Origin: Eledone cirrhosa
Lineage: Eukaryota
Length of the DNA: 64,000 nucleotides
Reading direction: 5' to 3'
Assembly (NCBI GenBank): GCA_964016885.1
Contig: OZ024740.1
Coordinates: forward strand, 315,270,001-315,334,000
The number at the start of each line of letters is the position of its first letter. The first letter of the stretch is position 1. The notes under the pieces were generated by a model. That model was given only the letters and a program-made list of their open reading frames with translations. It had not been told where the DNA came from and did not search any database. Shown here piece by piece: positions 43,378 to 57,789 of this stretch. Made by a program: the position numbers and the translations under genes.

Positions 43378-43768
43378 TTTCTTTTTATTTGCCACAATGG
43401 CCAACAAAAAGGGGACAATACAATAGACAGGGACAGCGTGAGGAAGATGTTACACTGAAATCGAGTAGAAATAAATTAACAAACAAATAAAAGTGGACAA
43501 GAGAATTACAACAATGAAAATTCCCCAATAGGAGGGGAACAGAACCACCCAGGGGCGACTCAGGTACCCCACCAATCTTGAAACACCCGACGCTTCGAGA
43601 ACAACCGGAAATCACCTCCTCCTCAAATCACCCAGTCTACAGGCGCATGCTCAGAATAGGCCCTTTCACACGGGCCATTCTTGCAATATTCACCCACCTT
43701 TTAGTAAGTCTACTGGGGACAGCACTTCTCTCTCCACACTCACTTTCTGTTCTAAATGAAACTTGAAA
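43378..43768 (-). mobile_element. 3' end fragment of the Tx1-like LINE family
   Basis: TTTATTTGCCACA..CCCCAATAGG..GGGCCATTCTTGC..TTCACCCACCTTT similar to 37021-37380. Confidence 0.8.
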
Positions 43769-43769
43769 T

Positions 43770-44445
43770 CATAATTGTTTCTGACTTAGAACAAGGCCAA
43801 CAATTTGGTGTGGGTGGAGAAAGTCGATTAAATCAACCCCAGTGCGTTACTGGTACTTAAGTTTGAAAGGCAAAGCTAACCTCAGGGGTATTTGATCTTA
43901 AAAGCAAAGGGTCGTAACTCTAAGCCACAAAGCAACGCTCTACCGATACTGCCAGTAATGGTTTCTTTATTATCCACACAGAACTTACATTAAGGGGACA
44001 ATAAAGACGGCAGAAGAGGTACAGCGTTGTGTGAAAGAAAGGTTTATATAGAAGACTAAAAAATAGATAATAATGGTTTCATTAATCCCACCGAGGTTAA
44101 CTTTGCCTTTCATCCTTACAGGGTCGATAAAATAAAGTACCAGTCATGCACTGGTTAATTGCTGGCCTTGTGCGAAAAGTCGAAACAATTATTAGCCACA
44201 CATAAGGGTGGTGGATTGGCAGAATCGGTAGAGCGTCGAGCAACATGCTTAGCGGCGCAGAGTTATGGCGCTTTACATTCTGAGTTCAAATCCCGCCGAG
44301 GTTAGCTTTGCCTTTCATCTTTACGGGTTCGATGAAATAAAGTACCAGTAACACACTAGGGTCGATTTAATCGACTTGCCCCTCCCTAAAAATGTTGGTC
44401 TTGTGCCTAAAGTAGAAACCATTATTAGCCACACATAATAATAAT
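43770..44445. mobile_element. SINE cluster (one minus, two plus)
   Basis: Copies at about 43770-43955 (-), 44085-44192 (+) and 44206-44425 (+). Confidence 0.8.
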
Positions 44446-44769
44446 AAACATCGTAAATGCAGTCATACTCCAAAATGTATTGTGGAGGTTTCTTGTGTCC
44501 CTACTCACTACCTTCGGCACGGAGTTGGCTACCCGCAGGTGTGAACTTCGTGAGCTGGAATGGCCCTTCCAACGCGTCTCCCTCACCATCCTCCGGGGAA
44601 ACGCCTTCTCTATTCTGTCCACCGGAGGCGGTGGGGTGGCCAGTGCCTAGGCCCACATTTGTATAGTAGAGTGAGATGAGGAGAGCAGGAGGCAATGACA
44701 GTGGGAGTTAGGTGCCATTGTATTCGGACCTGATGTATATGTATATATCTATTTACCACACCACATATG

Positions 44770-45112
44770 TATGTATGGTACCGTGACTCCTGATAGAGTT
44801 GTTGGGGCACCGTATTGACATACAGCGTTTCTTGTGCATCTTAAGCCTGGCGGAGCCCATCCCTCTCCAGGCCTGCGTACAGCAGATTTCTTCCAGAGAA
44901 AGGTAGAGAGTGATAGAGAGGAAATAAGAAAGAGATATAGAGGAAGAATCGACCTCAGTACTAGACTGGTATTTTTTTTTTTTACCTCAAAAGGAGGAAA
45001 GACTAAGTTGACCTCGGTGGGATTTGAACTGAGAGAGTGGAGAGCCGGAACGAATACCCTAAAACATTCTATCCGACATTCTTCTAACGACTCTGCCAAT
45101 TCGCCGCCAACC
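44770..45112 (-). mobile_element. Long-tail SINE variant
   Basis: Minus strand GGCGGCGAATTGGCAGAGTCG head through the CTGGAGAGGGATGGGCTCCGCCAGG tail. Confidence 0.7.
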
Positions 45113-45689
45113 CGCCACATATATATACAACTAAAACTTATAGATTGGTAGAACTAGCAGACATTGTTATTCACTGAATGAGTGGTCGAACTGTCAAACA
45201 ACATCCAGTCAACTGTAAAGTGTGGTATTAACTGTTATACTTGTTTTTCAGACATCTAAGTGTTTTCTTTGCTTTCTTGTATTGTTTACCCTTCCTTTAA
45301 ATAAGGTCACGCTTCAGTTGCTATATTAAATAAACAAGATTAGTAGTTGTACAATAAACCTACGATCCCATTCATTTATTAATTCATTCATTAATTCATT
45401 CATTCAATTCTTTTAATCGATATGTACGTGTGAATGTATGTGTGTCTGTATGTATGAGAGTGTGTATGAGTGTATGTGTGCGTCTGTATGTGTGAGTGTG
45501 TGTTTATGTGTGTGTGTGTGCGTGTGTTTCTGTGTGTGTGAGTGTGTATTGCTGTATATGTAGTGGGAGTGACTTAATTGGTTGAATTTAGAAGCCCTGG
45601 GAAAACGGAAAAAAAATTGAAAATTGAAATGTAGTCGCCCCCAACGTAAGTAGTTATAACAGTAGTCGATCATTATATACATTATAAAT

Positions 45690-46160
45690 AGTAGTTGAGA
45701 AAATCGGGTAAAGAACCCTGGAGTCAGAAGAAAGTGGACAAAGACCCGGATGCTCACACTTCTAGCTCCAGGTAGATCCGCTACTCCTCTGAATTGAGAG
45801 ATCACAGCTCCGATATTACAGACATGTGGTTAAGATGTCTTAGAAAAGAATCGCTCGACAGATTTTACGGGTAAAACTAGCTGGCAAGTGATCCAGGAGC
45901 AGACCCCGAGCAAGATGATTGGATAACATCCATCAGTTTGGCTGGTCTCGCTTGGGGATCCAGGTAGATCAGTTGGAGACGGTTGCTACTGACAGGGCCT
46001 GCTGAAAGGAGTGTTTGAGGACTCCTCCCCCATGACCCTCTCAGGATTTGGTGAGCAGAAGAAGAAGAAGAAGAAGAAGAAGAAGAAGAAGAAGAAGAAG
46101 AAGAAGAAGAAGAAGAAGAAGAAGAAGAAGAAGAAGAAGAAGAAGAAGAAGAAGAAGAAG
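45690..46160 (+). mobile_element. 3' fragment of RTE-clade LINE with (GAA)n tail
   Basis: Homologous to 1340-1692; long GAA run at 46058-46160. Confidence 0.75.
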
Positions 46161-46272
46161 ACTATTGTTATCAGTATTTTCCAAATGTTCACACTACACC
46201 ACCACCACACTGCATTACTCTAGAGAGTCTCAACGCGGTCGTTTGCTCTTCAAGATATAGCAGCAAAATTTT

Positions 46273-46765
46273 GCTCAAATCTACCGTGCTAGCTAACACA
46301 TCAGAAGCTCAAATCTACCGTGCTAGTTAACACAGAAGACGCTCAAATCTACCGTGCTAGTTAACACATAAGACGCTCAAATGTACTGTATCACATAACA
46401 CATCAGACGCTCAAATCTACCGTGCTAGTTAACACATAAGACGCTCAAATCTATTGTATCACATAACATATCAGACGCTCAAATCTACCGTGCTAGTTAA
46501 CACATAAAACGCTCAAATGTGCTGTATCACATAACACATCAGACGGTCAAATTTACCGTGCTATCTAACACATCAGATGCTCAAATCTACCGTGTTACCT
46601 ATCACATAAGAAGCTCAAACCTACCGCACTACCGAACACCACCAGTGCTATCTAACACATAAGATGCTCAAATTTACCGTGCTAGACATCAGACTCTCAA
46701 ATCTATCATGTTACTTAACACATCAGACAATATAATTCTCTCAAATCTACCGTGTTATCTAAAAC
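46273..46765. repeat. About 33-bp minisatellite
   Basis: GCTCAAATCTACCGTGCTAGTTAACACATAAGAC variants. Confidence 0.85.
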
Positions 46766-47089
46766 ATTAAACAATATAATTCTAGACATAAAAAGACGGG
46801 GAGGTCATTGTTAGAAATCCTTTAATCATATGTCTGCTCTGTCAAAGTTAACCTGGAGCTAAATAACAATAACCACAACACTACGCCTTCAACAGGCTTA
46901 ATCCGATTTAAAACCACTTCCAATTAATCACGCGAATTAAGGCCCCTATCACGGAACTTTGATGTATATAGTTGTGTACAATTTGTTGCAAACATTCGGG
47001 TCAGGAATTCGGTCAAACGATAACTTCTACCCGGCATTCAAGGTTGCTGGCATTGAATCAAAAGTAATAAAAATTATTATCATTATTAT

Positions 47090-47330
47090 CGGCCCCTTAC
47101 GGGGTCGATAAAATAAAGTACCAGTAATACACTGGATAATTGCTGGCCTTGTTCCAAAAGTAGAAACAATTATTATTGTTATCAATAGGGCGGTAGATTG
47201 ACAGAATCGGTAGAGCGTCGAACACCATGCTTTGCTGCATAGAGCTACGGCCCTTTACGTTCTGAGTTCAAATCCCGCCGAGGTTAACTTTGCCTTTCTT
47301 CCTCACAAGGTCGATAAAATAAAGTACCAA
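47090..47330 (+). mobile_element. Two partial SINE copies
   Basis: 3' half at 47090-47172 and 5' half at 47188-47330. Confidence 0.75.
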
Positions 47331-47465
47331 GTTTACTTGGTGAGGAAGGGTATTTTGGACACCCTGCAGGACAAAAAACAAAACCTGACAAAGGGCGGAA
47401 GAACTCATGAGTCAACGGCTATCCAAAAATGTGTAAATGTATATATACATGTATGCATGTGTATA

Positions 47466-47556
<91 letters not shown>

Positions 47557-48189
47557 ATGTGTATGTATATGCACGGGGACATAGAAATAATCGGACTGGA
47601 TACCCGATCGCGCGGTTAAACCACTGGGAGTGAAGGACCCCTAGCTTTTGTCAGGACATTCTTCTAGGAGGCGGCAACTCAGAAAACTGGGATAACTCCG
47701 ACATAAAACCTGCGGCTCAGTAGTTACCGATCATGATGATCTTTTCTTCTTTTCGGGTTATAGCTACTGTCGCTCAGAGAGTGGGATTGGCTCAGTGCAC
47801 AGTCTTTCCTCACTTTTAAAAAAAAACTTCACGCACAGGCATTGCCTGATAGCATTAATCAATAATTATTAATAATGTTATATCGTGCAATGGCCATACT
47901 CGATAATGAGGGGCGAGCCATCATGTATGTATGTATGTGTATGTATGTATGTTCTTCTGGTTATATAATGTCACAAATGTTTATCAATAGAGAGAGAAAG
48001 TCGATTTCTAACATAGATACAAGACTCTCTTATTGGAATTTAAACATCAACTAGGTAGATATGTCTGCATGTATGCATGTATGCATGTATGCATGTGTGT
48101 GCAGGTATGGATGTTAATGAATGTGTGGATATGGATATTTTGAGTTGATGTGTGCATATGGATATGCTTTGTATCTGTACATGTGTATA

Positions 48190-49037
48190 TGCAGTTATTA
48201 TATGCAGAATTTTTGAAATATTTTACATATTTTTACTGTTCCATTAATGGATTGTACTTGTAATTTCCCTACTAGTTGTGTTCTTTCTGTTCCTGTGAAG
48301 CCTAGCTTCTAAAGATTTGTACTGAGGCAATTACTAACATATCCCAGTACCCCAACAATCACAGGTATAAATCTGAAGGTATAGTCAAGGTGTTGTATTT
48401 GCAGGATTCTCATTAGTTCTGCATAGATATTCTCCTTTTCGCTGATCTTTAATATTATATTGGCATTTGCTGGGCAGCTAACTTCCATTACTGTGCATGC
48501 CTTCTTTTCCCTGTCCCATAGCATTATATCTGGTCTGTTATGTTTGTATTTTATTGGGGTTTTGACTGGAACATTCCACCAGTACTCTTTCATATTATGT
48601 ATGTATATGTCTACCACATTGCTGTAACTTTTAATGTGTTTATTGTCGGGACTATCTTTTCTACGGATTGCATTGTACATACTCATGCAGGGAGTATCTT
48701 TCAAGGAGTTCCATCCCAGACAGACTTGCTCAGTAGATGGGCTCCTACGTTTGGAGGTTCATAAATGTTGTCGGAGGGATATGATGCGACATTCAAATGC
48801 TGTCTGAACTGATGTTAGGCCTCTGCCTCCCCGCTTACCTTTCAAGTAGAGGCGGTCTATGTCACTGTTGATGTGGAAGTTTCCGGTGTAGTTTAGGATT
48901 TTTCGAGTTTTAAAATCAATTGCTCGGATTTCGTCTATCGTCTAATCGAGTATTCCAAACGTTACTGTTAGCACAGGCATTGTAAACATATTGTGAGTCA
49001 CTTATTTATTGTGCGCAGAGAGTTCCGATGGCCATAT
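48190..49037 (-). mobile_element. Decayed restriction-like-endonuclease LINE (R4/Dong-like) 3' fragment
   Basis: HNRPDIMLWD..EVSCP..KENIY..IPVIVGVLG (PD-D/ExK RLE motif); upstream RLYLKGKRGGRGL. Confidence 0.8.
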
Positions 49038-49705
49038 GTATGTATGTAGTCTTCAGTACATATGTAGTCTTCATTACATACGTATGTAGACCTCTCTAGA
49101 AGAAGGTCACTTTGATATAAAACCTGCGACTTCGTTTGCATCCAATGATGTAGACCAGTTCTTCTTTTGGGGTAAATTCATTTGATGTTCAGAGAGTGGG
49201 ATTAGCACCGTACAAATTCTTTCAAGCTTCAAACACAGGCATCGCTTTATATGTGACATTTTTGGCGATGCATGGTATTGCTTGTCATAGGCAAGTCCCT
49301 AGCAGGACTAAAATGCAACGTCCGTGATGCGCATGTTTAAGTATCAAGCGATGTCATTACTCGAAATCGAGTTGCAGCCATCATCATCATGTATGTATGT
49401 ACCTATGTATGTATGTATCTATCTATCTATCTATCTATGTATACATATAGAGAAAAAAGTGTTTGGGAGAGAGAATGTGTGAGAGAGTGGGCAATAAAGA
49501 AATGTCTGCATTCAAACATAAATGAGTTAAAACGTGCATATATGATTACATACGTACATAGGCTTACGGGCAGACACATAATATTAGCATATATTTTATA
49601 TACTGTATATATATATGTGTGTGTATGTGTGTGTATATGTGTATACACATACACACATATATATATTTATATATGTGTATATATATATGTACATATATAT
49701 ATATG

Positions 49706-49787
<82 letters not shown>

Positions 49788-49857
49788 CATATATATAAAT
49801 ACATATATATATATTATATATATATATATATACATATATATATACTTATATATATAT

Positions 49858-49888
<31 letters not shown>

Positions 49889-50001
49889 ACATATATATAT
49901 ATTATATATATATGTATATATATATACATATATATATACATATATGTGTGTGTGTATGTATGTGTAGGTATGTATATATGATATATATAGATATAGATAT
50001 G

Positions 50002-50075
<74 letters not shown>

Positions 50076-50818
50076 ATCTATCTCACATGTACATCACACA
50101 TACATACACACACACACACAGACAGACATTCACTTTCACACATATATGGACAATTATAGGTAACAGGGTAAGAATGTCGACATTTGACCTTATATGTCGA
50201 TAGCTTCTGCGTAAAATATTCACACGAGGTGTTGATAGTAGGTGTGATTGGATTCGTTACTTCATCTGCCCATAAAATGGACGAATCAAAGCCAACAACA
50301 AAACAAACAAAAAATAGAAGAAAGAAAGGTATCTTCGCACGTCCTAGTATGTTTGGCGCCAGTTGGACTGTGATTTGGAATGGTAGAGGTAACTGCTGTT
50401 TGCCGAGACAACTGATCTGCTTGGATATCTATCTGATAATTCAATGAAGATGACTTGTTTAAATATAAGATAAAAACATATATGGAGGAAGAGAGATTCA
50501 TTGGTTATATTTTTATGGGTTTTTTGTTGTTGTTTTTATTTTAATTCAATACTCAATATAATCAGTGTCTGGTTCGCCATTACAAATTACAAACACTAAC
50601 CATTGCTGTCTCATCCATCAAACTTTATCTCTCTTCCATACATCGACCGCAGCTCGTCAGGAAATGTTAGCTTTATTACGTCATAAATTAAACAGCATTG
50701 ATAGATGTCACAACTCCTTTCGTTCATATAATGTCTCGCTTCATGAAGTGTTTCATATTTTGTCACGTCTCACAGATGTCCAACGATATCTGCCTCACTT
50801 GCTTCATATGATATAGTC

Positions 50819-51126
50819 CAGGGTTTCCCAACCTGGGCAATATCACCCACCGGTGGGCGATTTCAACTATTGGGTGGGCGAATAGCAACTAAACAGACGA
50901 TGGTGGAGGATTGGAAATGTTGGAGGGTCATATAGGATTTTTAGTATCACAAAGGTATTTCAACATATGCTACCCTTTGGTAATTTTTTACTACATAAAA
51001 TGTTAGTTAATGAACCAGGAACAAACTTTTACAAATTTTTTTTATATGCTTTTGAATATCACTATACATATGGTCGGTAAAAGATTTTTTTCATGTGAAA
51101 GGCGCATAAAAGGTTGGGAACCCGTG
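50819..51126. mobile_element. hAT-type MITE with 8-bp TSD
   Basis: TIRs CAGGGTTTCCCAACCT / AGGTTGGGAACCCGTG; ATATAGTC duplicated at 50811 and 51127. Confidence 0.88.
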
Positions 51127-52391
51127 ATATAGTCCCTCATTTCTTAGAGACTATACCGTATATCACTTTCTAGTATACAGCACCTCATTCCTTACACATC
51201 AGTGTCTCACTTTCTATAACATACATTATACTTCGTTTCTTAAACACTACATTCTTATGCATCTCAATCTTCAAACACACACTGTATCTCACTTCCTATG
51301 TACCACATTGTCTTATTTCTTAAACACTACACTATATTATATTTCCCAGTCACCCATCATCGCCACGGCCGCCATAACGGTGAACATTTTTGAAATTGCC
51401 TTGTGGAGCTGAGAGGTAACTAAGACTTACAAGTCTATACTGAGAACTCTCGACCGCATAGCATTTCTCACTTTCGTTCTTATTAACTCTTCATATTGCT
51501 TTACAAAGGTGACAAGGATTCAGGGGCTAATGTCACTTTGCTACCCTTGTGTTACGCTGCCCCGTGATAAGGGATACGAATTTATGCGAGGCTATTTTGC
51601 ACACTATCTCTGCTCGTCTCTTCGTTTCATTTCTATTCTCGAAAGTCAGACAGGCGATCCAGTAGTTGGGGGGGGGGGGGGGCTATTTTCTATACTTAAT
51701 ATATTATATATTAGTCTATACGTCAGCTAGAGCTTCCTTAAATTCATCTTTTGACGAATCACTTTCATTGTGTGTCAAAGGTCGATCAGTTTTCTCCCTG
51801 TCCACTTCTGAATATAGATCTTTTGGGGATAATGTAACCACTAATCCCTTTTGGGCTGTGCTTTCGCCATGTTTAAAGATTAAACGTTGGAAGTTATAGG
51901 AGCGAAACTGATTCCATATGTGCTTTTTTAGCATGGCAACATTTGTTCTTGTAAGAGTCAAAGTTATTGTTGATGTTGTTGTTGTCAAACCACTAAAAAC
52001 ATAAAGTGTATGTTTCAGAAAATACCATCTTTATTAACTACCAACGGTCAACATGGTGAGCAAAGCCAAAATTGTTTTCTTTTCAGATATATTCTTCACT
52101 CGTTAATTGTGTGCTCATGTGTGTGTTGTTATTGCTCTAACGTTTATTAATATCCAGAAATTGTCATCTCTGGACAGTAAATTGTGGCTGTGATTGACAT
52201 GACTTTGCGTGTATCTGTTTGTTTCAATGACATTTTTATTGTTTGCTTTACTTTAAACATTGTTTCTCTAAAATTATTTTAGAATATTAGTCGCCTGTCT
52301 GTGTAGTTTGTTCTGTTGCAGCATCCTTGGTGTTCTTTAATCTCTATACTATTCATGTCGTAGACCATTCATGGGAAAACTGCGGCCCGCA

Positions 52392-52510
52392 AGCGACATG
52401 CGGCGTGCGAGCGACATGCGGCGTGCGAGCGACATGCGGCGCGCGAGCGTATACGGCGCGCGAGCGTATACGGCGCGCGAGCGTATACGGCGCGCGAGCG
52501 ACATGCGGCT
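52392..52510. repeat. CpG-rich 17-18 bp tandem repeats inside a probable hAT-like fragment
   Basis: GCGACATGCGGCGTGCGA x3, then GCGTATACGGCGCGCGA x3; preceded by AACTGCGGCCCGC. Confidence 0.75.
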
Positions 52511-53778
52511 CCTTTGGCTTTCTGAATGGCAGGCCTAATTTCAAAATTGCCTTGAATTTTTTAGTGGTGCGGTCCGCCTTATGATGAGTCACATCTTATG
52601 AGACCCACTGCTTGAAAAAGGTTGTCGTAGACATTTTAATTTTGCTTATTGTAACACCAGACATTAAATGAAATGTTGCCTCAATGACGCTACAATTTTT
52701 AAAAATTAACATCGTTTATTACATCTCTGGACTTTTCAGGATTTAGAAATGAAATCAAATGACCAAGACCACCACATCAACACAATATCACTACTACACA
52801 ACACCATACCCTCAACACAACATCACCACTACACAACACCACCACCTCAACACAACATCACCACCACTACACAAAACCACTACCGTAAAACAACATCACC
52901 ACCACTACAGAAGACCACCACCTCAACACAACACCACCACCACTACACAACACCACCACAACATAACATCCCTAACAATACGTGTCACCACTACACAGCA
53001 GCACATCTCCATCACAACACATCACCACCTCAACACAACATCCCCACCACTATAACAAAACATCACCACCACAATACAACCACACCACCACTACCAACTA
53101 AACAGTAGCTCCACCACTACACAACACACCACCACCACCTGAACAACAGATCACCATCACAACACAACATCCCCACGACAACACAACCTCCCCACCACTA
53201 CACAACACCACAACACAACTACACCATCACTACACGTCACCACCACCTAAACAACATCACCAATAACAACAGTAATCTCCATAACCCTATGGCTAAACGA
53301 AATACAAGACGAGAGCAGACTATCTAATGTTTAATCGGCAAAAGCTTAGATAGGCATTCGACTCAGTCTAATCTATCAACTTCAAAGGTTTCATAACGAG
53401 GCTTGCAGTCAGTGTTGTCTGCTGTGATAATGGCCGCTATGGACTAGCTTACTTAGAAATAACGACCACTAATTAATATTACTGTCAAAAGCCATAAAAA
53501 ACGGATATCTATATAATATACATCGGTTTATCCAGCTGGGTAATGGTTTTCGTAGTTGCTATTGTAGATATCTATTCCATTTTTTGTTTTATTTTAAGAT
53601 TATTGGAAAATATTATTCAGTATTTCTCTACTTTTCACTCCCTCTCTCATTCTATCCCTCTTTTCCCTTCTTTCTTTCTTTCCGTTCACTCACATCCCCA
53701 CCACTTCCCTCTCCCTTTATCTCATTCTATCTTTCTCTTCATTTTACACACATATGTACACAGACACACACATATATG

Positions 53779-53906
<128 letters not shown>

Positions 53907-54365
53907 GTATATAATATATATATATATATATACACACACATATATGCGAGTATATATGGTAATACATATGCAAATAATTATAGATAGACGTACTATATGT
54001 ATCATGATGTGTATATGTATATATGTAAAACACGTACCTGTGCGTGTGTTTGTGTGTGGTAAAATATGTATATTTTAGAAATATTTGCTATATATGTGAA
54101 AAAGTATCATTTAAGCACCTTTATAGATGAAAACGAGTTTGAATGTGTGTCAGATTGTATAAACTCTGGAACACATAAATTCATATCATACACACACATG
54201 TATATATATATAAATATATTGGTAAAAAGGAAAAGAAAATGCTTACAAATTTTTCCCAGTGAAAAATAGTTTAATTAGGAATAAGTATAAATTAGTAATA
54301 AGTATTAGTTAGTATTCACTGTTAATTTTTAAGTTTTTACCGGTTGCGCATTTCTTATGCTTTTT

Positions 54366-54452
54366 AAAAATAATTTTGAGATAGAGTGCTCGTGATTTTT
54401 GCTCTAATCTGTTAGAGCAAAAATCACGAGCACTCTATCTCAAAATTATTTT
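54366..54452. repeat. Perfect palindrome (about 41-bp arms) abutting (TA)n
   Basis: AAAATAATTTTGAGATAGAGTGCTCGTGATTTTTGCTCTAA-TCTG-reverse complement. Confidence 0.85.
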
Positions 54453-54454
54453 TG

Positions 54455-54518
<64 letters not shown>

Positions 54519-54635
54519 TTATTTATTTGTCTGCCTCTCTGTTTTTGTTTCCGTCCAAGTTTTCACTATATATATATATATATATACATACATACATAAA
54601 CATATATACATAAACATATATATATATATACGATT

Positions 54636-54668
<33 letters not shown>

Positions 54669-54789
54669 CATATGTATGTACGCGGGTTTTGTGCATGTGT
54701 GCATGTGTGTGTGCATGTGTGGTATCACCTACTTTCTCTCTCGCCTTTTCTTCGACATTTTTCTCTGTATATAGTTGAGCGCTATATAT

Positions 54790-54912
<123 letters not shown>

Positions 54913-55303
54913 TGTGTGTTTATATATATATATATATACATATATATAATGGCTGCATCTCGTTTTCAAAAAATTGCAACCAACTGATCCCCCTCTCATA
55001 CAAACATGACACTTTAGCTTTGCCAAGGGTTTACATTATTTTCTGCATATGCTGCAGTGGTGTACATTACTTCTACTTCGGTTTCTTGTTTTGTTTTGGT
55101 GAGTTTTCAAATGAGGTTTGGTGTCTATAGACCAAGGCACATTATTTACCACCTTTCCGACAGGAAAAAATGCCAAAAAGACTATAATGAACAACATTTT
55201 GTACATGGCTTCTATAATAAACTTCTAAGGCCAGTTTTATTAAGGCAAATCCGGTGACACTCACTGCATATAAAGTCATTTTGATTATCTGAATATCCAA
55301 ATA

Positions 55304-55498
55304 AAATAATTGTTTCTACTTTTGGCACAAGGCCAGCAATTATCCCAGTGTATTACTGGTGCTTTATTTTATCGACCACGTAAGAATGAAAGGCAAAGTT
55401 AACCTCGGCGGGATTTGAACTCAGACCACAAAGGGCCGTAACTCTTTACTGCAAAGCATGGCGTCAGACCCTCTACCAATACTGCCAATCCACCGCCC
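55304..55498 (-). mobile_element. tRNA-derived SINE with probable TSD
   Basis: Similar to the major SINE; ATATCCAAATAAA at both 55293 and 55501. Confidence 0.85.
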
Positions 55499-56052
55499 TT
55501 ATATCCAAATAAAGTAATATCGTGTATCTAGACCCTTATGAAGATCCCTCTAATATTTTAGGCTCCACGCGAGATTTTTTTCAAATTCCTGTTTTCCATT
55601 AAAGATAATCGATATAAAGCAGTGTCTTCCCAGCTGTCTTCTCTGATTTTTTACTTTGTAAAAACTTTATACCTGAGATTGGGTTTATACCTTGGCTGTT
55701 AGCCTTGACTAACTTACCGTACAGAAACTGCTTAGAATACAATGAACTGTCATTCTTACAACATGGCCACAGCAAAGATATCTATATTGAATTATGAGAG
55801 ATTCAATATTTTCAAAATGACTTCATTCCAGCACTTCAACATAACTCATATGTGATTGCCAATGGATACCGAGTATTCGGCGGAGACACTGTTAAAAATA
55901 TGCAAGTATTTTTATATTTGGTGGTATATGACCCAAGTTTCGCATGAATACATCAATGAAGTCACTACACATGGTCTGTACACCTACACATGCATATATG
56001 CATGTGTACACACATACACACACACACACACCCACACCCACACCCCACACCC

Positions 56053-56106
<54 letters not shown>

Positions 56107-56367
56107 GGAAAAATTTGAACAGGGACAAAACAGAGAGGCAGTACAATAAATGTTTATTAATTTCACGCTCAGGAGAGTGGGGTGTAGGTGGGGGACGACG
56201 TTTCGGGCATAAGCCCTTCCTCAGGTGAGAAGTGAGTGTATATATATACGCACACACACACATATATATATTTACATATATCTGTCTATCTATATTTGTC
56301 TTTCTCTCTCTCTCTATCTGTATCCCTTTACATATATCTATATATGTGTATATATATATTTATATAC

Positions 56368-56467
<100 letters not shown>

Positions 56468-56513
56468 GAAGTAATTCCGTCGGAAAGGTACAGGAAAAAA
56501 TGACCAGGATTTT

Positions 56514-56573
56514 TTTCATGCTGACGACTGAAAGCAGATTTGTTTGCTTTCAAGAAACCACTGGTAAATGAAA
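56514..56573 (+). ncRNA. Type I hammerhead ribozyme (family A)
   Basis: TTTCATG-CTGACGA-C-TGAAAGCAGA/TTTGCTTTCA-A-GAAA-CCACTG-GTA-AATGAAA. Confidence 0.78.
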
Positions 56574-56659
56574 TAATTATCTTATGTTGTTTATTACATA
56601 ACTATATATATATATTGTTATACTTTGGGAGGGTCATGTTGCCAATAAGAAACAGATAG

Positions 56660-56812
<153 letters not shown>

Positions 56813-56813
56813 G

Positions 56814-57000
<187 letters not shown>

Positions 57001-57126
57001 GCTTGTTTGCACGTCACATCTGAATATGCATAAACCTTGGTGCAATGTTTATGATTCGTAACTGATAGTCTGCATGTTCGCACACATATATGTACATAAA
57101 TATATATGTGTATATAAATATATGTT

Positions 57127-57218
<92 letters not shown>

Positions 57219-57526
57219 CATATATATATATACATATATTCAAATGAACATACACATACATACATACATACATACATACATACATACATACATACATACA
57301 TACATACATACATACATACATACATACAAATATGCATACATACGAACATACACACACATACATACACACATACATACACATACGTACATACATACGTACA
57401 TACGTACATGTAGAGAAATGTCATTGATAAAAGCCACCATATAATTAGTGACAATTCTCATGGAATAACCAAGAAGGGGTAATAAATGTTTCTTTACTTG
57501 TCAGAAGGGATTAAAAGATTGATAAC

Positions 57527-57752
57527 AATAATAATGATGGTTTCTGATTTAGGCACAAGACCAGCAAGTTGGAGGGAGGGGAAAGTTGATTAAAGCAACC
57601 TCAGTGCGATACTGGTACTTTATTTTATCGACCCTATAAAGATGAAAGGCAACGCTAACCTGGACGGGATTTAAATTCAGAACCTAAAGATCTGTAACTA
57701 CATGCTGCAAAGCATTTTGTCTGATGCTCTAACGTTACTGCCAATCCACCGC
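57527..57752 (-). mobile_element. tRNA-derived SINE
   Basis: Similarity to 492-722. Confidence 0.8.
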
Positions 57753-57789
57753 CATTAATAATCAGTTATTTGATTATCATTTCTTTTCA

